From Folioceros fuciformis (taxonomy: Eukaryota): a DNA stretch of 64,000 nucleotides. The notes under the pieces are model-generated. The model did no database searches. It was given only the letters and a program-made list of their open reading frames with translations, and was not told the origin of the DNA. Shown in pieces: positions 47,245 to 60,878 of this stretch. The stretch spans positions 295,243-359,242 of the forward strand of contig JBNGIO010006099.1 of the NCBI GenBank assembly GCA_049999805.1. The letters are read 5' to 3'. Position numbers and translations under genes: made by a program. The stretch's first letter is position 1. Each line of letters starts with the position of its first letter.

Positions 47245-50200
47245 ATGAAGTCTGTTGCACCTGAATCGGAAGCGGAGTGCAACAGACGCAAGCAGCAGGG
47301 GAGGGAGGTGGAGGGGGACCAAGGCTCGCCCTTCTCATCTTGCACCAGCTCGCAGGGCTGCGGCGGGGGTTACGGGGAGTGTTTCCACCTGCACCTGCAG
47401 GGGCAGGAGGTGAGGGAGCCCAGCAAAGACCACAGCCTGGAGTCCTTGGATTCGTCAGGGAAGCCGGAGCTGGACGGGGAGCCGCTGGCGCTCTTCTACG
47501 ACGGGCTGGATCCCGACGATGCGTACTACGACTCGCTCTCGCACTTCAGTGGCCGCGCCGGGGGCCCGAAGAAGCCTCGGATCCAGGCCCACGCCGAATA
47601 CGACACCTCCGGCTGCGACAGGATCGCGGCCGCGTCCGGGGCCGCGCTCGCCTCCGACCCCGACCTCATGCTGCTGGACGACAGCGGGAACAGCATGAGC
47701 TGCGGGGGCAGCATGGCCCACTCTCCGGACGAGGTTATGTTTCGGGATTTCCCACACCCCCGCCATGTGTGCGTGCTCTTCCCCTTCGCGCCCTCGCCGG
47801 CTGTCTCCAACAGCGCCTGTTGCAACAAGGTTGGCACATATTCCTTGCCTTTCCAGCCTTCTGCTCGCCCGTTTGTGCCTGTCGGCTGTTGCGCGCTGTT
47901 GTTGGGCTTCGTTGAATTTTGAATGCGCTTCCGTTGGCGGGTTGTGGGGCAGTGTTACTGCCACGCCTGTGAGGAGGTTGCGCCCTGCCATCTCTGGGGG
48001 ACTGGGCTGCAGGCCTCGGATCACTGCAATGCCACGGGGTCGTCCTGGTACTGGGCGACTCGTGCTCAGAAATCGAGCCATGGGTTTGGGGGCCCCGACG
48101 TGTCCGGGCCCGGACAGTTGGGATATGGGGGCGGCATGGCCGCTGTGTCCCCCCGCCCCAGCTCCATGAGCGGGCTCTCTCACGGGCTGTACGGTCCCTC
48201 CTTCTGCTCCCTGGCCATGTGTGGGTGCAATGGAGGGAGCTCGGGGGAGCATAAGTTGCTGCACGACGAGTCGCCGGATGCTGAATGCTTCTCGTCGTCG
48301 TGCCTTGGGACGTCGTCTATGGGATTTATTCCCCGAGGGGACCCGTCAACCGATCTCCAGTGAGTGCGCCTGCTTGATACATTTCTTGAACTGCAGACTC
48401 GGGGGTCTTACTCACTCTCCACCATGGTGGAATTTCAAGGTGGTTTGAATTTGGGAGTGTGAGCGTTCCCATCAAGTCGCGCCAGCAGCACAAGAGTTTG
48501 GTGGATTTGGTGGAGACACTTGACAGGTTTTCGATGGAGATTTTTGCCAAGAATTGTCCCACTCCTGAATGTGGTAAGGAGGAGCTGTGTTGATTACAAC
48601 TGAAGGTCGCTGTTTTTTGAGAAAATGATTTGGGACCCTCACCCTTGCGCTTCTTGATGCTTCAGGACCTCCTGACTCTAGGTCCGAGCAGTTTCAGTAC
48701 GTGGATGTGCTCGGAAATTGCAGCTCATCATCCTCCGCCGACATGCATCACGGTGATGGAAGGGTGCATAGTTATGATGCCTTGATCGATGAGATCATGT
48801 ATGTACATTTCTCAACTCTGACTAAACCTCTGCCAAACTTGTTCCATGTTTTGAGCTAAGTTTCCAGTCATTCTCCTCCCTATGAGCCGTTGAAAGTCCA
48901 AAAAAAATCATAGAGAAGTCGTTCTACGCACAAAGCACAACATTGGCCTAAGTGATGCTGGACGCGACTTTGATTGGCCAGCGGTCCAACATGAAAAAGC
49001 CACCGCACCTCAAGTGTCCTTTTAGCTGCCTGACAATCCAAATGAAACAGGATCTTATCCAGCAGCTGTGGAGAGAAAGGTGAGGAATTCCAGCTCTAGG
49101 CTAGTTACATTTTCAACTCTGCTGCGTTTCCAGGTTGAATGAAGCACAGGGTCAACTACAAGTTATCATGACTGTGATTCCTGAATCAAGTTACCAACAT
49201 ACTGGAACTGCTCATATCCGAATCTTTTTGAAGAAAGAAAGAGGGGAAGAAATAATCACTTTAAAGGAGCTCCTGCACGAAATCTTTCCTGATAATCTGC
49301 CTCTCCAAGAGTATCTGTCGCAGGTGACAACAAGATCTTAAACTTCACAAGAGAAGAGAAATAACAGGATTGAAGAAGTCTATCGCTACGAACAATTTGA
49401 ACTACATAATGAGGGCATAGGTGTGACAAGAGTCTTTGGTGCCTCTGCCCAAACATTTCACTAATACCATCCAACTGCTCGTCACTGCAGGTTGAGCAAA
49501 TGCGACGATGGGTGGAAAGCACAGATGATTGGGCTTCCTTTGCTGGCCTACTGAAAGATCTAGAGAGCAATGGTTACAGAGAAGCAGACCAGCCTTCGGG
49601 CTTGACGGTTCCTCTCAGGCCCTATCAGAGACAATCTCTTCAGTTTATGCTTGACGCAGAGCACAGAGAAGGGGGACTCCTGAGTGTGAACTACCATCGC
49701 CTTCCTCCTTGTGGAGAATCAAGTCCCCCGCTGCTGTATTCTGCCTCACTTGGGCATCTTATGGATGGGAGGGATGATGCTCCTTCGATTAGGGGCGGAT
49801 TCTTGTGCGAGGAGATGGGACTGGGAAAAACTATTGAGGTGAGCCGCCTGGACCCAACGTGTCCTTATTAAGTCTTCGCACTGTAGGCGAACTCAATCAA
49901 ACTCTTCTTCCTAGTGTCTAATGTACCTTGTCTGCAGATTTTAGCTCTTATACTGGCAAATCCTTGTTCCATAGAAAAATGCTCGGCTGTACCTGCCTTT
50001 TCGAAGGGAACTCTCAGTAGGTCTTTTGACTTCTCCAGTATTGTGAACCTTGAGTCTTTTGAAGGCATGGCGACTGAAAAGTTGATACTTCGTGTTTTCT
50101 CAAGTTGTATGCCCAGTTTCAATAGTTGGACAATGGGCCAATGAAGTGAAAAGCAAACTAGCAGCAAATCTCAGCATTTACATGTATCATGGATCCAAGA

Positions 50201-53200
50201 GGTAACAACAACCACTTTTTGGGTCAGAATGATCTCCAGCTCACCTTTCAAGACTCCAACCCTGATTCATCTTGGATAACTTCGTTGTGCAGGATCAGAG
50301 ATCCCAAGAAGCTTGCCAAATTTGATATTGTTAGTGTTTGTACCATGTGTTTGAACTTTATACCTCACTCCAGCATAAGCTGGAAGGAATTTCTCAATAA
50401 TCAGACCCCCATCTGCTTACTAGGTGATCACAACATATGCGACTTTAGGAAGCGACTTCAGCAAGGCGACACAGGCAACAAGGCACGGTGCTGGATTTGC
50501 TGAGCAGTTCTGTCCTCTACTTACTGTCAACTGGTGGAGGGTTGTTCTTGATGAGTCTCACACTGTGAGTTCTTTGTACAAAATATTGCTGTATTTTCAT
50601 GAAAGACTTGTCAAGCAAATAGCGGGCGATACCGGGAAATGTGACCAGTCACTAAGATCTTATTCCGAAAATCTTTTGTTTTAAGGTCAAGGACCCTGCA
50701 CCACTGCACTCCCGTGCTTGTGCGAAGCTGAAAGCAGATAGGAGGTGGTGCTGCACTGGAACACCTATTAATACGAGCATCTATGATCTTTATGGACAGG
50801 TGAGTTCCTGCTACAGCTTTGCTCCTTGCCCAAAGGAAATTCTGGGGTCCTGTCCGAATTTCGTCTACGGGACTGGTCCATTTGATTGCTCTAAAAGCTT
50901 TCCTATAAAGAATGTGCGATTTTCAATCTCTGCCTGCATACTAAGAGGCTTAATGTTTTTCGGAACCCGAAGTAGTTTATAAAATGACTCTTTATATAAA
51001 ATTTGAAGACGCATGTGAAGAATTGAAAGATGCCTAACCGTGTCCGGAGTGGGGATTTTAAAAGCTCTTCTCTAATTTCAACACCTGTTCTCTAGTTGAC
51101 ACCAAATATGCCCCTTGTAATTAAAATGTAAAGAACTGGCTGGACCCATGCGGTGCAGTTTCTGTTTCTGAAGTTGGAGCCACTGGATAACAAAGGAATC
51201 TTTCGGAGAAGAATTGGTCGGCCTTATGAACGACATTGTAAAAGTGATGATCAAACAGTTCTCTTATGGACCCTGAATAAGGTGAGTGAATGGAGTTACT
51301 CAAAACATATTCAATGAATCTCAATCAGCTTAATCTTGGGTATAATCTTTCATGTCCTCTTGAGCAACAGGATCAAGGAAACCTGCAAGTTACTGCTCCG
51401 TTGGAAGTCTATGAGCTTAATTTCTGCAGAATTGAAAGTAACACAAGTTCTTGGTCAGCCTCAAGTCTGTCTGGTATAGAACCAATACCTTGAGACCTGA
51501 GCCTGTTGATGATGGAAATGACTTTCAGATGATGATCCGACACACTAAGCAGCAAAAGTTTAACGGGAGGGAGCTTCTTAGGCTGCCACCTAAAACTGAG
51601 CAAGACATTCCAGTGAGATTTACTTTAGAGGAACGCACTGCTTATGAGACTGTGTATCAGAAGGTGATCACAAAGTTTGAAGAGTTTCGGTGCTGGGGCC
51701 CAACTGTAGTGAGCAAGAATATCCTGCAGATAATGTCACTTCTTCTACCTCTACGGAGGTATGCAACATGTCGGTGCAAGCTTGAACTTGAAAAACACAG
51801 TAGTCACTGTAAACTTTGTGGTCTGCGATGTGCTCTGTTCTTTGCTTGTAAAAGACACAGCTTGTCAAACCGTCATGGAAAAGAGTCTTAAAAGAGCTTA
51901 AAAGTTTTCATGTGGCAGACGTCCCTGATCTGATGCTTGATAGCATGAACAACAACTGCGTTTGTATGCTCTTCTGCATGTGAGTGATGCCGTCTTGACA
52001 CGGCCCAAACAGACCTGGAAGATGTGTGAACCTGAAACTTGGTTTCTTATTCCGCAGGCTTTGCAGTGGAGGATTCGTCTCTGATCTTGAGCTCAGTATG
52101 CAGCACAAGAGCGAGCCAAACAGTGCTGGAGCCGCGTCGGATTTCTGTCCAAGCACTTCGTCTCCATCATTGACAACTGAAACGGGCTTGGGAGATCCTC
52201 AAGGAGAATGCGGAATCTGTTTTGAATTAATGGAATGTCCAACAAAGACGCCTTGTGGCCACTGGTGATTACCTTACTCGGCTGTGCTTCATTCTTGCGC
52301 GTTCAATTCTTGTCAATCTGAAGGTTGCAGGCTCAGCTGACTACGTTCCTTGCGAACTCTTGATTCTAGCTTAGGGGAACTCTCATTGCCTTCCGAAATC
52401 CGCGATGATCTCTGCAGGTTTTGCTGTGAATGTGTCATGTCAGCCCTTGGCATTGGTTCCGAGGCCTGTCCAGTTTGTAGAAGTGCACTCACAGCTTCCC
52501 AGCTCGTCACGCATCAGCCGAAGTTGAAAGATGCTGCTTTGCCCCTCGTGGATCTTGCTTCCTTCGAGGAGCTTGCTCCGTTCTCCGGTAGCAGGCCGGA
52601 CGATGTTGACACCATTAAGGGAGTTCAGATGGACTCCAAACTGAAGGTTCTGCTGGCAGATCTTGCTAAAATCAGGCAGGAAAATGAAGGAGCCAAGGTA
52701 CATAGACACTACAACATGACTGAGTGTTTCTTTGTCTCTGTGTTTCATTTGACACCAATCTGCTTTTGCCCAGGTTCTTATCTTCAGCCAGTTTATGCAA
52801 ACAATTGCCTGGTTGAAGAGCGAATTCAAGAAACAAGGAGTTAATTACAGGTTCATCAGCGGAGACATGCCCATGAAGAAGCGGGCTCAGGCCATTGAAG
52901 CCTTTCAAAAGGTGCACTCTGGTTCTGTCGTTTACGTCGATGTGTGTGAGCTTGTTGACAAATGTTTAACGGTTTGGTCAGTCACCTGCTAGGCAATAGC
53001 TTCACATGGTCTCGTTCGACTGCTCACAGGATCCACCCACAACAGTATTTCTCCTCTCCATTCGCACAGGTGCAGTGGGAATCACGCTCACGGCAGCATC
53101 CCATGTCTATATGGTGAGGACTAGCCGGCCAAATACAATTGTTTCTTGACGCCCTTGTCCCTGCTGCACAGCCCGATTTTTTCGTCGTACTGATTCAAAG

Positions 53201-53790
53201 CTTTGAACGTCTGTGACATCCGCGTCTGCCCAACGCTGGACATCAGCTGGAGCCATGCCTGAACCCAGCGGTAAGCTTCTGGTCCAGCCAAATCCAGGAT
53301 ATCCTCAACGTATGTATGTCAATCGGACCCACTCTTTTATAATGCGAAACCGTGTCCTACAGCTCGAGGAGCAGGCCGTTGGTCGGTGCTGGAGAATGGG
53401 GCAGGAGCGGCCAGTGGTCATCAAACGGTAATAGGACCCAATCAGGCGTCTTGGCTGTGAAGAACGTGTTCAATCAGGAGAATCTTACGCTCCCTAACAT
53501 GTTCCAGACTATTTGTGGAGGACTCTGTGGAGGCCAACATCCTGAAGCTTCTGCGCACCCGATCATCCCATGCAAGTCTCTCAAGCTCTCAGGATTCTGA
53601 TTCTACAAGCAGGTTCGACATGCTCTGTACCCTGGACTCAGGCTTGTTTCAACTTGCTGTCTCGACTAATCAGCAATCCATTTCTGACAGGCCTAAAGGT
53701 ACTAAGAATGGTGCCGGAGATGTTGCTGGCTGCATCAGGACCGACAAACAGAATCTCAGGCTAAATGAGTTTGAAATTCTGTTCTCATGA
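47245..53790 (+). CDS. SNF2 (Rad5/16-like) helicase with inserted RING finger and an N-terminal RIN13-like Cys/His domain, many exons
   Basis: LRPYQ, GGFLCEEMGLGKT, WWRVVLDESH, RWCCTGTP, RING CGIC..PCGHWFCCEC..CPVCR, SKL..LIFSQF, GAVGITLTAAS and QAVGRCWRMGQ. The N-terminus reads RDFPHPRHVC..CNKCYCHAC..C..W..HCNA. Some exon boundaries are unresolved. Confidence 0.85.
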
Positions 53791-54068
53791 AAGGCGTATG
53801 AAAGGCGTTTGATAGTACATACCTTGATGCCAAATCCAAATCCCTTAACTGATATTCTTTCCTGCCCATCAGGCAAAGCAGGTTTCAGTATACCTGGCTG
53901 CTGTAATGTGGCAGAAGGTTTAAAGCCTTTGTAAATTCTGTTCGCTCCACTAGCAGGTGCTTGGTGTAACATTGCCGGAGCAACTGAAGCAAAACCCATG
54001 GTGCATGATACAAGTGAGTTTTGCCCAGTGCCCAAGCACGAGCCAGAGGCCACCATATTCCGCTCACA

Positions 54069-57000
54069 TTAACTCGTTTTCCTAGAGGCCTTCTTTCCCT
54101 TCTTCTGGCCTTGCTTCATTTTAGTCAAACCAGGAGCTGTCACTTTCACGTTTCCAATCATAGCTGCAGCCATCTCTGGTTCCGTTATTGCCTTCATCAA
54201 TTCCTTCTCTCGTGGAGTGGCTTCTGGCATGCGACTGAAAACGTCCAACGCAGTTTTAGCCCCTGCACAAACGAAACTTGAATAAGAGCCCTGGACATGT
54301 ACATCTACACAAAGGAAGTACTATGTAAGCAGCCACCACCTTTTCCTTTCTTTGCGGCTCCAGGAGTGAGTTTAACACGGAACTTGTATTGTTGGAGAGC
54401 ACTATAAGGTCCACAAACAGGCACAGCATATAGCAGTACGTCGTCAGATACAGGGTTCCCCGTTAAGGTATCAAGCTCGGTCAACCTCAATCTTTGCTCT
54501 TCACTGAGCTGAACAATATTTTCCTCTGCTTGGATGGCTGCTATCTCTTCCTCCGCTACCTTTGCACGTGCTTTCCGTCTGAGACCCTCAACAACCTTGC
54601 CGCCACCTTGATATGCCACTACATCAGGTTGTGAAACAACATCGGTGTTTGATTCGCTTGCTTGGTCACCTTTGTTTAAGCTACTACCAATTGCCTTAGA
54701 ACTTTCCGTCTCCACCACATGACGGGTCCCTTCGCTGATCTCTGTGAGACAATCTCGAGCTACATGACCAGACTTCTTACACTTGTAGCAAATTTTTGAA
54801 TCCTCTTCTACGACGGTACCTGCCATAAAACGAAACAAATGGCACACCTTTCATAAAACTGCAAAAAAGTAGCTGCCATGCCTAAAGTCAAGACATCAAC
54901 CTGAACCGAAAATACCAGCTGGCTTACGGTTTCCCTGCAAAACTTTTCCCTTCTTTCCTCCAGCTAATGACATCTCTTCTTTCCTTCCCACAGACTGCCA
55001 AAAGAAAACATCTCAAATTTAACCAAAAAGAACTTCACAAACATGCTAGTTCTAGCAAATAAGAAGATACAGCAAAGGGAAGAGGTAACACAAAAATTTT
55101 GCATGCCTTAAACAAAGACTTCTTCAGCTGACGTTCTTCCTCATCCTGGTCGTCATATTTCTCCTTGATTTTCTTCATCTTTCCCTTTTTGCCACGAACT
55201 GGCTTCCCTTGCCCGTCCGACCCTCTTGCATTTTTGGCACTGGCAGAAACATCCTGCTCATCTTCAACTTGGTCTGCAGGGTCGTCTTGCTCAGTAGCCA
55301 CCGAAGCCTCCACCTCTACTGCCTTTCCCGTTTTTTTCAATCTCCTTCTTTCTGCCTTGGATAAATATGGCCTGTCTCGCTGTACAAACTTTGAGTCCGT
55401 GTCGGCTGGTGTAGGCTCAGCCGGTTGGTGAGTATCTAGACCATACTTGGTTACATGACTTGCTGGCTTGGGCACTGCCCGAAGCTCCAGGGCTTTATCA
55501 AGGAGGTCATCTAAAGTAGAAGACTCTTCCTCAGATGTGTCACTACCATCATCTCCAGCGGGTTCAACAGCAGAGATTTCTTCATCCAGTGCTGGTTCAT
55601 TGCGCTCATGTCTTTCATCAACAACCTCCACATTCGACTTCTCACCTTCTGTCAGTGTTCCTTCTTCGTCAGCACTAGCTTCCTCATCAAGCTCACCACC
55701 CTCATCGTGGTCAACTAAGTAGCGCCCAGCATCCACTACCAGGTCTTCTTCACCTTTACGCAAAGTCTTTCTGGTGTTCATATGACTACTTGACCTTTCA
55801 TCTTCATCCTCTGCAATCTCATTGTCCTCGTTTTCCCCCTCAGCTTCACCTCTGATTCTCCTTTCATTGAGGTGTGAACCAATAGAACTCTCATCAAACC
55901 GAAATAGCAAACCAAAACCCATGACCAGTGGATGTGGAGGAAGGAAGTTCTTTGCTCCTCGCACCATGAAGCTGCCAACTGTGAGATACTCACCAGTTGG
56001 AGCTGTCTTACTAACTTGATGGTCGTAGACCCACCATGCACTCGTCACAATCTTTGAGTCCCACGCTTGACTTCGGCAAACCTGGAGTAGCATACACCTA
56101 CACTGGATGAAAGACATGCACCTGATTCTGCAAGAGATATAAGCATGGATCTGACACTAGACAAGCTCAGATCCAACTAAATCCGATTACAGAGAACAGC
56201 TACGCGCAGAATACCGTGAAAGACCCTGCTTGATTGATTGTAAGCGGTGGAATGGATCGAGAGGGTTCGTGGTTCTTGATAACAGTACTTGATGCTCCAT
56301 GTAATTCAGCATGCACATAACTGCTTGCACAAGACGTTGAATGGTAACAAAGCAGCAAGACTCATTAATAGAAACGAATCGAACGTACCAAACAGATTCA
56401 TCTGGTTCTGCGACTTACATGTCACCCTTCTTCATGTAGCGTTTGACCACCAATTCATTCTGCTGTGCATCACGTCCACTTATGACCAGATAGTTTTCAC
56501 TGCTCACGAACCAGTTGAACTTCTCGAACCAATGTACCTTGCGAAGGTGGGAGATTGCAGCAACACTCTTGGCCTGCTAATACAAAGTGATTGCCCGATT
56601 AGCATTGCCCATGAATGAACGAGGAACACAGCAACATTGCCATACATATTTATGACCTGTGCAAGTTGCTGTTGGGTCTTCCTTTCTGCAGCTTTAAAAG
56701 CCTTCTCGTGTGCAGCCTCAGTCTTCTCTTGTTTGACAGCATGCTTCTTTTTCATCTCAAACCATTTACGGGCATTTGCATGTGCAGAAAGTGCAAGATC
56801 TATCTCCACCTAAGACCACGATAACACTAGTTCAGTCTACAAGAGCAGTTCAAATACTGTTGCAACAGTTGATGTAGAACAAGCTACCTTGTCTGCAGGC
56901 GTAGTTTTCTCATCTTCACCCATATCATCAAGGTTGTTACTCAGCAGTAATGTAATTTGATTCTTGTCTAGCTGCAAACTGTGAATTGACCCTGCCACAG

Positions 57001-59035
57001 GATTCCCTGCCTTTTTCTCATCCTTTATCATTCTAGCGAGATCCTTCCAATCCATGCCACTGGCAAGCGCTGATCTCACAGCACCAATGGCTGCATCGAC
57101 CTCGTCTAGATTGTATTCAACAAGCTCAGCCATCCGGACGGATTGATCTACCTCTTTCTTCAATGCTTGCACCCTGTTTGACTGCAAAACAAAGCAGTGG
57201 GATAACACTCGTCAAAGACGTGCAAGACAACAATCTGGTTCGGCCAGAACACAGACATGCATACCTGGTCAGCTCGAATTTTCTCCAGCTTTGAGAAGGC
57301 ACTGTTCTCCTGTGACAGCCTTTGCTGCTCTGCTCGTTGTCCCTCAATCTTGCTGAAGAAATCATCCATTGCAGCATCAAAGCTTCCATACATAGACCTT
57401 TCACGGTCAGCAAGCTGTTGCAAAGGAAGTGGAGCAAACTCATCGTATAACTGTGATAGACAGCCATACAGAGATTGTTGTCCGTCAGTAGACACAGCTG
57501 CAGGAGACGCATAGCTACAGTACTGCACCTCCAAAGAAGCTTTTGCAGAAGAACTAGATCAGCTCAAGCAGACAATGTTCTGGCATCAAGTTCATGCTAG
57601 GAAGAACATTTGGAGACAAAGATATCACACCATGCAGAGGAGGTCACCTTTTGCAATTCATCACCCTCCTCAACTGCAAAAGAATGTTTTTTCCTAGTGT
57701 TCTCTTTCTTCTTCATGAAAATATAGCCTTCTGGAACAATCAATCCCTTGACTACATTCTCCAGCCAATCCTCAAACCTCACCACTGCAGATACCAAGGC
57801 ATCAAACGAATCATCAGGAAGGCTTCTGTCCATGTTCCCTTGCAGACCTCCAGTCAGGAGGATATGCTCTGTTAATGCTGGTCCGTATCCCAGGCTCTCT
57901 GACAGAAGAGCTTTCAGAGTTCCACGGCCCCCTTTTGCCTCCCCTTTCTTTCCCCGTTTGTCTATATTTCCTTCAGAATTATCTTTCTCTTTAAGCTCCA
58001 CGGGACCTTCCTGCTCAGGAGAGCCTGACTCAAGGGATTGCCGTATCTTTTCAGACGAAGTTCGTGAAAATAGCCGGCAAGTATTGATAGGATATCGATG
58101 GCGTGCCATCATTGTCACGCCTTTGTCATCATCCCTGAGTAAGCCCAGAAAGGATTCGGATGAATTAAGCAACCACAGGAGGAAGGGGAATGAAATGCAG
58201 GAAAGCAAGAACCAAAAAGCTAACCTGTGAGATCGAAGTAAGGTAAGGACGCTGTAGTTCCCATCTGTAAGAAGAACGTTCCCCTGAGCATAAAGCTCTA
58301 GTATGATATGATGAGCACTATCTCCTAGTCCAAACTGAAAGTCCACAACCTGCCAATGGTTCAAGATCACAGTTTCAGAGTCAACCAGAGAACCATTACA
58401 GGCTGAGCAACCACCTCGTCGTTCAGGGACTAGGAGGTGTAAGTACTGTACTCTATCAATGCCCAGTTGTCGAACATCCTCCAACCTCCGCGTTCTGATA
58501 TGCTTTCTCAGCTTCAGTGTGAATCCAGATGGAGTTGAGCTTTTGTCTCTACAGAAAGCTAGCATCAATAAAGGCTAATGGTCCATCAACGAAACAAGGG
58601 GAGAACCCCTGAGATGGTGAATAGTAAATGGAGACTAGAAAACATGTGCACATTGGACATATCCGTACCGAGAAAACACTGTGGTATGCAAACGGACGCC
58701 ACTTTCCAACAACACCAATACTTTTTCACTCTCCCCTGATTCAGCCAACCCACTGCTCTTGGCGAGCTTGATCACATAAGTCTGCAGGGTTCCCACAGTG
58801 TTGTACCGGGTTAAGGTATCACAAAATCACCACAGCCAAACCTTGCAAACCTTGTGAGGCACTGTGTACTGCAAAGAGTCGGGCAGCCTCAAGGAGGACA
58901 TCCAAGCAAAGCAGGCATAGATTGTCTCACCCTTGGCGTCAGGTCATAAATATTGGCACAACGCATGCCTATAAGCTTCCTCAGGCAGGACACTTCAGCT
59001 GCCACGTCGGCGGTGGTCATTCGCATCTTCACCAT
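54069..59035 (-). CDS. NEMF: Ribosome quality-control factor NEMF/Rqc2 with a plant-type CCHC knuckle, many exons
   Basis: [79 protein letters not shown] and YAVPVCGPY. Stop at 54069. Confidence 0.95.
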
Positions 59036-59307
59036 CTTCGTTTGCCGTGTTATGCCGACTGAACAAGGCTGGGGCAGAACTGCAAAATTCTTATGCACAC
59101 AGAGTCCACCTTCGGACGAGCAATTCACAAACGACCCCGTACGTCATGAATTGACCTAATATGCGGTGAGGCCCTGTTGCAGCAATTGCGCGCAGATTGG
59201 TTCGTAAATAAACGTACTGCACGGCCCTGCAGGTGCCTTACTCTGTAGGAGACTTGTCCGGCGGTGGGAGGGCATTGTCGGGTTATTTCGGATCCCTATC
59301 GGTAGCC

Positions 59308-59712
59308 ATGGCGGAGATGTTCCCCTGTCTGCTTCTGGACATCGTGGATGAAGAGTGGGCAAGAGACACTCTGCCTAACGACGGTACTCCTTCTTCCCGC
59401 TCACCCTCGATTATTACTCAAGGCAGAGAGGTATTTGTGGCTCGGGTCCTCTCTTTCTCTCGTACGCTTCACCGTTGCCGTTGTGGTCTTCAGATATTCC
59501 TCTGCCTTCTGGTGTGGCACCTCCCGCAGACGAGATTGATGAGAACAGTAAGTTGTGCAACTCCTCTGCTTGCGAACGCACTGCGTACGAAGTAATGAGC
59601 CGCTCCTCACGGGATGAAGTCGTTTTCGTTCGCTATGTCATTTGCAGACCAGGAGCAGCAGCTGGCTAATCAGGACAAGTGGGGGGAGCTTGGACTCCAC
59701 ACTATTCAGTGA
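59308..59712 (+). CDS. APC13: Anaphase-promoting complex subunit 13, 3 coding exons
   Basis: MAEMFPCLLLDIVDEEWARDTLPND|DIPLP..|..DKWGELGL. Confidence 0.9.
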
Positions 59713-60035
59713 CACATCCTTGTGACGATCCGTGAGGCACCCGCAAGCATGTAGGAACCAAGAGGGCAAATGGCCTGCCCTTGGGCGTCCCGTCGAAGCG
59801 CTAGCGAACTGTATCTGATCTGCTACGATGGCGGAATGATCTACATGTGAAGCAGCACAGTAGGAGTAAGAGTCCAGTGAGACAGAAGTGAAAGAGAGGA
59901 AGGATTGTGGAATTCTACCGCACGAATGTGCTAGTGTACAAAAGCGCCACCTACTGGTATCACATGCACGGCTTCTTCCGTTTGGCAAGATGCTGCCCTA
60001 GCTTGTCCCAGCCACCCCAGCTTCAGTTAACTCGA

Positions 60036-60878
60036 TCAGGCACGGGCAGCATCCCTAATACACATGAGATTGAGCTTGATATCGTTGCTCAATCTGGACT
60101 CGAGGAGACCTACAGGCAACCAAATCTTAGGCTGCACTTCCACTACGTAGGTTAGGAGAGTTGTGGACACTTCACATCTGGCCTCCTCCATCGTCCAGGT
60201 GCCGGAAAACAGCTCAAAGTCCCCCTTGACCATCTGAAAGTCCAGGTTTCTCCGGACTCCATTGCGAATCTCGAGAGGGTGCTCCGTGATCTCCATCACA
60301 GCCTCTGCCTTAAACATTATGCCGAACGCCAAATCCTGCTTCCCAACCTGCCTGATGAGCGCCCGGTGATGCCCCTTCTCCAACAGCTCGCTGACAGCCA
60401 AGCCGGGGATGAAATCTGCCAGCCTATTGTAATTTGTGAGAATCCCCCACACGGTCTCGAGAGGGGCTCCGATGGAAATGGAGGCCGCAATGCGTCGCTT
60501 GTTCTTTCCCATTTTCTCCACCGTGACACAAGGAGCGTCCACCAACCCGTCCTCCCCCTGGTGCATGAAATGCTGTGCCTGTTCCAAGCTCTGTGCAGAG
60601 ATGACGCTGGCAGTATGCTGGCCAGCCACAAAGAGCTGCCCGTTCCTGATCCTCGGGCCTTCACCTACCTTGCAGAAACCTCCCCCTCTCCACGCTCCTG
60701 CGCCCCAGCCACTGTCCTTCCCTGGCCATATGGTCCCCGGTGGAGAAGCCCTCCGGAAAACCCCTTGCCGTGTGCAGCTCCTGGAGCTCCTCTCCTTCTC
60801 CTTCCAGAGAGCATGCTGCTGCTCCACAACGCGTCCACTTTGACAGCAGACGCCACAAGCAGCTGGCAAGCAATCCAT
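60036..60878 (-). CDS. Polyketide cyclase/START (Coq10-like) domain protein
   Basis: RRIAASISIGAPLETVWGILTNYNRLADFIPGL..MVKGDFELFSGTW..LTYVVEVQPKIWLPV. Single ORF; the start is uncertain. Confidence 0.85.
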   Translation of the reverse strand: MDCLPAACGVCCQSGRVVEQQHALWKEKERSSRSCTRQGVFRRASPPGTIWPGKDSGWGAGAWRGGGFCKVGEGPRIRNGQLFVAGQHTASVISAQSLEQAQHFMHQGEDGLVDAPCVTVEKMGKNKRRIAASISIGAPLETVWGILTNYNRLADFIPGLAVSELLEKGHHRALIRQVGKQDLAFGIMFKAEAVMEITEHPLEIRNGVRRNLDFQMVKGDFELFSGTWTMEEARCEVSTTLLTYVVEVQPKIWLPVGLLESRLSNDIKLNLMCIRDAARA

